This document shows positions 58,907 to 64,000 of a stretch of 64,000 nt of DNA, piece after piece. Below the pieces are notes generated by a model. The model was given only the letters and a program-made list of their open reading frames with translations. It made no database searches and was not told the DNA's origin. The DNA is from an uncultured Candidatus Saccharibacteria bacterium. Lineage in GTDB: Bacteria > Patescibacteriota > Minisyncoccia > Phycocordibacterales > PALSA-1337. Both the position numbers and the translations under genes were made by a program. Every line of letters begins with the position of its first letter. Positions within the stretch are counted from its first letter, which is position 1. The stretch is from assembly GCA_964596595.1 (NCBI GenBank), contig CAZQUI010000003.1, positions 979 to 64,978 on the forward strand, read 5' to 3'.

Positions 58907-58923
58907 ATAGGTCTCACATGACT

Positions 58924-58994
58924 GCTGCGGGACTTGGATTCGAACCAAGATAAACGGCTTCAAAGGCCGCTGTCCTACCATTAGACGATCCCGC
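58924..58994 (-). tRNA. tRNA-Gln (anticodon UUG)
   Basis: Minus-strand cloverleaf: acceptor TGCGGGA/TCCCGCA; anticodon loop CT-TTG-AA; T-loop TTCGAAT; discriminator G; 71 nt. Confidence 0.85.
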
Positions 58995-59052
58995 AAAGAT
59001 GTGGTAATAGCTTATAGTTTTTATGACTTAAAGTAAATACACCACTTATTTA

Positions 59053-60087
59053 CTAAGTCTTACTACAAACTTTCACCACAGCCATCTCCAGTGGCAAAAT
59101 TTCTATATGGGCACGGCCGATGGCTTCGGCAGCTTCTAGAAAAACAGATAATATAATTGGGCTAAGGACTTTTTTATTTGCTTGCTCTGATACAAAATCA
59201 AAGTCATCTGCTGATATGCGATCTTTGATATATTCTTTTGAAGAAGGAGAATGTTGGACTAGCAATATATATCTCATTTTTTCTAAAAGCAAAGTTGCAA
59301 AAGTATTCATGGCAATGTTCATTTTATCTGCTTCCCCAAGAAGCTTTAGAGCACTGTCAGAATCACCAGAAATAACAGCGGCAATAAAACGATTGATCAA
59401 ATCTGCTCGAGGAGCGCCAGTGATCTTTTCAACTTCTTCCCGACTAATTTTTTTATCCCGAGCTCTGTCGAGGGAAACTGAAATAACTTTTTGCAAAGTA
59501 CCCAAAGCATCACGAAATGATCCATCACCCAAAAGAGCAATGAGATCTCCTGCTCCGGCGTCCAAGGTAAAGCCCTCTTTCTTTGCAATTGCGGTAACTT
59601 CTTTACGCAAAATCTCTCGAGTTGGCTTTCGAAAAGAAAAAGTCTGACAACGAGAAATAATAGTGTCTGGAACTTTATCGAGTTCGGTAGTCGCTAAAAT
59701 AAAGATCACATGTTGTGGTGGTTCTTCTAGAGTTTTAAGAAGAGCATTCCAAGCATCTTTGGAAAGCATGTGAACTTCATCGATAATATAAACTTTGTAG
59801 ACTGATGAAAAAGGCAAAGTAGAGACATGCTCACGAAGGTGTCGAATGTCGTCTATACCTCTATTTGAGGCAGCATCTATCTCATAGACATCCTCATCAG
59901 CTGTACCGATAGCTTTAGCAAATATCCGAGCGGTTGTAGTCTTGCCTGTTCCTCGAGACCCTGAAAACAAATAAGCATGAGCAAGCCTTTTGCCGGTAAT
60001 TGCATCTGATAAACCAGAGACAATATGGTCCTGACCAACAACTTCACTCCATTTTTGCGGACGATAGGTTCGATATAGTACTGACAT
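59053..60087 (-). CDS. dnaX: DNA polymerase III subunit gamma/tau, short form
   Basis: YRPQKWSEVVGQDHIV...LFSGSRGTGKTTTARIFAKAI; AAA+ clamp-loader motifs; 344 aa. Confidence 0.85.
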   Translation of the reverse strand: MSVLYRTYRPQKWSEVVGQDHIVSGLSDAITGKRLAHAYLFSGSRGTGKTTTARIFAKAIGTADEDVYEIDAASNRGIDDIRHLREHVSTLPFSSVYKVYIIDEVHMLSKDAWNALLKTLEEPPQHVIFILATTELDKVPDTIISRCQTFSFRKPTREILRKEVTAIAKKEGFTLDAGAGDLIALLGDGSFRDALGTLQKVISVSLDRARDKKISREEVEKITGAPRADLINRFIAAVISGDSDSALKLLGEADKMNIAMNTFATLLLEKMRYILLVQHSPSSKEYIKDRISADDFDFVSEQANKKVLSPIILSVFLEAAEAIGRAHIEILPLEMAVVKVCSKT

Positions 60088-60628
60088 GGCATTAGTTTAA
60101 CTCAAAAAACCAAGACTCGCTATTTATTTTTAATTTAACAAAAAATGGGACACATTCCCAAAGGAACATGCCCCATACACTACATTCTCTGAAGTTGACC
60201 CCGAAGAGTCATCGGGTATAGCTAAACTTTACCCTATTCAATTCAATGACGGAGGAAGCTTCTGCAAAACTTCCATTTTACTTGCCAGGCAACCTGACAA
60301 GCCTCAACTATTACTTTTATTTGGCTCCATAGATCATAAGTAGCACTAATCTACTTCAAAGCCTACAAAAAATAATAATTGACTACCTGAGTTAAAAACT
60401 CAAATAAATCATTTTCTTCAAAGAACTGCTGCAGGTTTCCACAGGCGCAATTACCAACCAACGACGGCCACCGAGACAGGCGCCCCACGACAGGGCACGG
60501 TATGGTTCTTCATTGATGTATTCCTTTTGCTAAGGTTTACGTGATGTTCCCATCGTTGACTCTGTACTTAGGTGCCCGAAGCATCCCTAAAACAGACCTC
60601 TTAACTGCCCAAAATAATACTAACAAAA

Positions 60629-61669
60629 TTAATTATTTTGTCTACCAATATATGCTCGAATAATTTTTCTAACTTCTTTGGCACTATTTGTTTCCATTAG
60701 TTGATTTCTCAATTCCTTTGCCCCATCCCAACCAGAAACGTAAGCTTTAAAATGTTTTTTCATAACCGCAAAACTCTTTATTCCTTTGAATTTCTTTTCA
60801 AATAAAGTTGTATGCTCAGCCAAAATATTTAATCTTTCTTCTGGATTTTTTGCTCTGTTTTCCATCTTTGATTTTTGATCTTTGATCTTTGATCTTTCAA
60901 AAAGCCATGGCGTACCAAATATTCCCCTCCCTATCATCACCCCATCACAACCACTTTCTTTTATCTTTTGATATCCATCGATAACATCTTTTACATCACC
61001 ATTACCGATAATTAGAGTGCGTTTTTCTGGCAATAAATTTGCTTGAATATGATCTCTTAATTTAACTATCTCAGGCATAATTTCCCAATGAGCCGGAACA
61101 TCAGACATTTCTTTACGGGTACGTAAATGAACAGTTAAAACAGGTAGATTTAATTTTAGTAATGTTTCTATCCAAGACAAATCAACTTTGTTATAACCGA
61201 TTCTAGTTTTGACTGTAACAGGAATAGCGTGGCCAACACCTTCTTGTGCAGCCCTTATAACCTCTATCGCCAGTTTTGGATTTTTGATCATCGAAGCTCC
61301 ACCGCCCTGTTTTTCGACAGCTCTATCGGGACAGCCCATATTTATATCCAAACCATTAAAACCTAATTCTTTCACCAATTTCGCTGCTCCTTTCATTGCT
61401 TCTGGATGACCAGTAAAAAGTTGAGCAACAATAGGTCGTTCTTGCTTTGAATATGCCAAATCTATTAAAAGTTTTTCTTTACCGGGAGACATGAGACCAT
61501 CGGCCGAAACAAACTCTGTCCAAACAACATCCGGCTTACCATATTTAACTATTATTTTACGAAATGCAGCGTCAGTAACATTGGCCATTGGAGCCAAAAC
61601 AAAAATAGGCCTTTTTAAAGACTCCCAAAAATTAGTTTTATTTTGCTTTTTCTTTATAACCATGTTCAA
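60629..61669 (-). CDS. dus: tRNA-dihydrouridine synthase
   Basis: FVLAPMANVTDAAFR...; catalytic Cys/Lys region NMGCP; TIM-barrel Dus layout. Confidence 0.85.
   Translation of the reverse strand: MNMVIKKKQNKTNFWESLKRPIFVLAPMANVTDAAFRKIIVKYGKPDVVWTEFVSADGLMSPGKEKLLIDLAYSKQERPIVAQLFTGHPEAMKGAAKLVKELGFNGLDINMGCPDRAVEKQGGGASMIKNPKLAIEVIRAAQEGVGHAIPVTVKTRIGYNKVDLSWIETLLKLNLPVLTVHLRTRKEMSDVPAHWEIMPEIVKLRDHIQANLLPEKRTLIIGNGDVKDVIDGYQKIKESGCDGVMIGRGIFGTPWLFERSKIKDQKSKMENRAKNPEERLNILAEHTTLFEKKFKGIKSFAVMKKHFKAYVSGWDGAKELRNQLMETNSAKEVRKIIRAYIGRQNN
60864..60898. repeat. five imperfect copies of a 7-nt tandem repeat (atctttg) inside dus
   Basis: ctttgatttttgatctttgatctttgatctttc, encoding KIKDQKSKMEN. 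Confidence 0.6.
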
Positions 61670-61724
61670 TCAAACTACAATAAAAATTGCAATCTGTAAA
61701 TATTGAGCTCGATCATCCCCAATC

Positions 61725-62699
61725 TTATTCTATTCTTCCTAAAATTTTAGCTACGTCCTCATCACGTGTTTTACTACCCAAAACCACAACAGCATAAAGG
61801 TCTTTATTTTGACCAATTTCAAAAAGAGATACCGCGGTGCGACCAGCTTCAGGAGTATAACCATTTTTGCCACCCAAATAATAAGACCAACTTAAAAAGT
61901 GAGTTGGATTTATCCAGGTATGAGCTCTAAGTGTCTTTGATTTCATATTGGTTATAGAAATAATTTCAGGATCATTTTTTCTAATCCAATCAATAATAAC
62001 CAAAAAATCATTTGCACTAGATACATTGTGAGGAGAAAGCCCAGAAGGATCAGCAAAATAAGTCCGGTAAGCACCAATTTCCTGAGTAAAATCATTCATC
62101 TCTTTAATAAACTTCTTACGACCATAATCGGCCGCAAAAGCTTCAGCTGCATCATTTGAAGAAACCATCAGTAATGGATACAGAAGATCATCAGCTCGAA
62201 AAGTTTCCCCTTCTTTGAAACCAGCAGTATTTCCGTAAATAGAAATTATTTCATCACTTATAACAATATGTTTATGAGGTTCTATTTTACGTCGAGCAAT
62301 AACAGCCGTAACTAATTTTGTGATTGAAGCAATCGGCAAAATAGTATCGGCACCATATTCGGTCAAAACTGTTCCTGTACTTAAATTTTTTAAAACATAT
62401 GAATTGGCCGTTATGTTCCCATTTAAGGAACCAGAAAATACCGGTATCAAAACTTTATTTTGTTTATCCTCTTCATCATGAGCAGAAAAACGAACCGTAT
62501 GAGTCAGGCCCGATAATAAAGTACTCGCTCTAGCCTCTTCAACCATGTTTGTAATACTACGAGAAATAGAAAAACTGTCTTTATCAAATCCAAAATGTGG
62601 TGCTACTTTTTGCCAGACAAAAATACCACCAGAGGCCAAAATAAGACCACAGCCTACTGCAGAAAATCCACAAAATAATAAATAGAAAAAATATTTCAT
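61725..62699 (-). CDS. D-alanyl-D-alanine carboxypeptidase (S11 serine peptidase, PBP5/6-like)
   Basis: Signal peptide; SITK (SxxK); SSND (SxN); KTG-like region. Confidence 0.75.
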   Translation of the reverse strand: MKYFFYLLFCGFSAVGCGLILASGGIFVWQKVAPHFGFDKDSFSISRSITNMVEEARASTLLSGLTHTVRFSAHDEEDKQNKVLIPVFSGSLNGNITANSYVLKNLSTGTVLTEYGADTILPIASITKLVTAVIARRKIEPHKHIVISDEIISIYGNTAGFKEGETFRADDLLYPLLMVSSNDAAEAFAADYGRKKFIKEMNDFTQEIGAYRTYFADPSGLSPHNVSSANDFLVIIDWIRKNDPEIISITNMKSKTLRAHTWINPTHFLSWSYYLGGKNGYTPEAGRTAVSLFEIGQNKDLYAVVVLGSKTRDEDVAKILGRIE

Positions 62700-63622
62700 T
62701 AATTATTTAGACGATAAAAAACATTTGAACCATACCTAACGTCAATTGAATCAAAGACCGGCATTTTACCCGATGAACGACCTACAGATAATTGATTTGT
62801 CCAAAAAGATACTAAATTCGCAAGCTGATCTTCTAATGATGACTTAGAGTCTAAATATACCACAGCTGTACTACTCACATCTTCGCTATTATTTACAATT
62901 TGAGTCGGATTACTTATGTACAATTCATATTCTCCATCCAGTTTAATTAATATAGCTTGAGCGGTAATTCTTGCTTGCCTTACAGCATCATAAAAAATCT
63001 CAACTTTCTTGAATTTAACAGAATCGAGAACTTGACTTCCGATTAAATTTGGACTGCTGGTAGCAATTTGTATATCTGGAACATAATAACGTTTATAGGC
63101 CGCCCCCGAAAAAACAGGAGCCTCAGAAAAAATAATTCCATTTTGATCGACAAAATAACAAGCATCAGATTTTTCCAAATTAATTTTATTTTCCAGAAAT
63201 TCTGGTAAACCATTACAAACAATTGCTTGACCTGCTTTTTCTTTTATAGAAACAGTCAGAATATCGCGATCTTTTAGATTTATATTTACCTGATCAATTC
63301 GTGGAGTTATAGCTTGAATCGCTGTAGCAATTTTGTCTTTTGGATACAGAAAAATATTAGATTTAGAAAACAATCCAAAATATTTACCGTCGATCGTCTC
63401 ATTTACTTTTTGACGTATCAATTTTGTTGTCTCAGTATCAATTCCGTAAACTTCAGTTGAAGAAATATTGACGCTCTTTAAATTTACAATAAACGAAGCG
63501 GCCCAAACTACTATAATCAATATAATTGAACTCAAACCATACCGTAAAATAGCCTGCTCACGCTTTTTTTTAGCAAAATAATTAGATTGTTTTGATAAAG
63601 TACGACTACGGCGAATATTCAT
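62699..63622 (-). CDS. FtsQ/DivIB-like cell-division protein (POTRA domain)
   Basis: Short cytoplasmic tail, one TM helix and a POTRA-like pattern (VNISSTEVYGIDTETTKLIRQKV...NIFLYPKDKIATAIQAITPRIDQVNINLKDRDILTVSIKEK). Confidence 0.45.
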   Translation of the reverse strand: MNIRRSRTLSKQSNYFAKKKREQAILRYGLSSIILIIVVWAASFIVNLKSVNISSTEVYGIDTETTKLIRQKVNETIDGKYFGLFSKSNIFLYPKDKIATAIQAITPRIDQVNINLKDRDILTVSIKEKAGQAIVCNGLPEFLENKINLEKSDACYFVDQNGIIFSEAPVFSGAAYKRYYVPDIQIATSSPNLIGSQVLDSVKFKKVEIFYDAVRQARITAQAILIKLDGEYELYISNPTQIVNNSEDVSSTAVVYLDSKSSLEDQLANLVSFWTNQLSVGRSSGKMPVFDSIDVRYGSNVFYRLNN

Positions 63623-63644
63623 ACTGTGAAAAATCTAGGATTTT

Positions 63645-64000
63645 TTAATAGATTCTGAACCAAAGTATTTTACCAAGACTTCAGGGAGCCGAATCGACCC
63701 ATCGGCTTGTTGAAAATTTTCTATCAATGAAACCAGAATTCGAGGTGTTGGTATGGCGGTAGAATTTAAAGAATGAGCATAACGAAGCTTACCTTCGATA
63801 TCTTTGTAACGAATATTAAGACGACGACACTGGAAATCATGGAAATAAGAAGCGGAAGAAATTTCTCGATACGTATTTTCTTTGGGAACCCATAATTCAA
63901 TATCATATTTTTTGACTTGACCAAGACCAAGATCACCCCCACAATTGATAACCGTATGATATGGGATACCTAAACTTTCAATAAATTCTTCCGTATTACG
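63645..64000 (-). CDS. serS: seryl-tRNA synthetase, C-terminal part (the N-terminus lies beyond the window end)
   Basis: My own translation: ...DFQCRRLNIRYKDIEGKLRYAHSLNSTAIPTPRILVSLIENFQQADGSIRLPEVLVKYFG*. This matches the SerRS motif 3 / C-terminus (E. coli ...FQARRLNIRYR...[40 protein letters not shown]). Confidence 0.8.

Noticed and set aside
59120-59647. 175-aa plus-strand ORF
   Set aside because: It is antisense to dnaX, whose AAA+ motifs are unambiguous. It is a shadow ORF.
60100-60628. Confident SRP RNA call
   Set aside because: The position upstream of dnaX fits. I could not find the helix-8 GGAA tetraloop with the AGCAGCC consensus on either strand, so it is left as an unassigned candidate structured RNA.
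1-64000. CRISPR arrays or cas genes
   Set aside because: No regularly spaced direct repeats with unique spacers were seen. The tandem repeats found are short (7 nt and 21 nt) and lie in coding sequence.

Overview
This 64 kb window reads as a low-GC, gene-dense genome with almost every gene on the minus strand and very short intergenic spacers. That layout suggests a reduced-genome bacterium, possibly of the Candidate Phyla Radiation (Patescibacteria); this is an inference only. All annotation is from manual reading of the six-frame translations and the DNA. No database search was run.

Recognised housekeeping content:
- aminoacyl-tRNA synthetases: alaS, leuS and the 3-prime end of serS
- a uvrB / tandem-receiver response regulator / uvrA / short uvrC / ddl block
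- a pentose-phosphate cluster: zwf, split transketolase, rpe, rpiB, plus gap
- ychF, mnmA, mltG, a DEAD-box helicase, an ABC exporter, a class II B12-dependent ribonucleotide reductase with an ATP cone, trhO, dnaX, dus, a D-Ala-D-Ala carboxypeptidase and an FtsQ-like protein
- tRNAs: two tRNA-Ala (GGC on plus, UGC on minus) and one tRNA-Gln (UUG on minus)

Most unusual observations:
1. The likeliest candidate for an undescribed system is a 5 kb gene for a bacterial alpha-2-macroglobulin-like protein (52674-57752, minus). It has an intact CIEQ thioester motif and a C-terminal membrane anchor. A roughly 128-residue Hint / bacterial-intein-like domain sits where the protease bait region normally lies; it begins with Cys and ends with His-Asn, but the residue after it is Asp, so it is not a canonical intein. 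The gene is the first of a tight operon with a membrane-anchored MEMO1-family protein and an unknown 210-residue protein. A further unknown 171-residue gene and a solitary MazF/PemK-like toxin lie nearby. An IS481-family element sits directly upstream, abutting tRNA-Gln, so the whole 49.8-59.0 kb stretch looks like an island at a tRNA.
2. leuS carries a complete NUDIX hydrolase domain with a perfect Nudix box, inserted at the junction between the catalytic core and the CP1 editing domain.
3. An ATP-cone domain is fused to a PD-(D/E)xK (Mrr-like) nuclease domain.
4. A plus-strand pair with higher apparent GC encodes a histidine-box fatty-acid-hydroxylase-superfamily membrane protein and an unknown protein.
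5. A roughly 450 nt GC-rich non-coding block lies upstream of dnaX, where SRP RNA is found in some bacteria (E. coli, B. subtilis). I could not find the conserved SRP motif in it.
6. The leuS leader region holds a promoter, a 58-residue membrane small ORF and a hairpin; there is also a decayed duplicate of the ychF 3-prime end.

No CRISPR array was seen.
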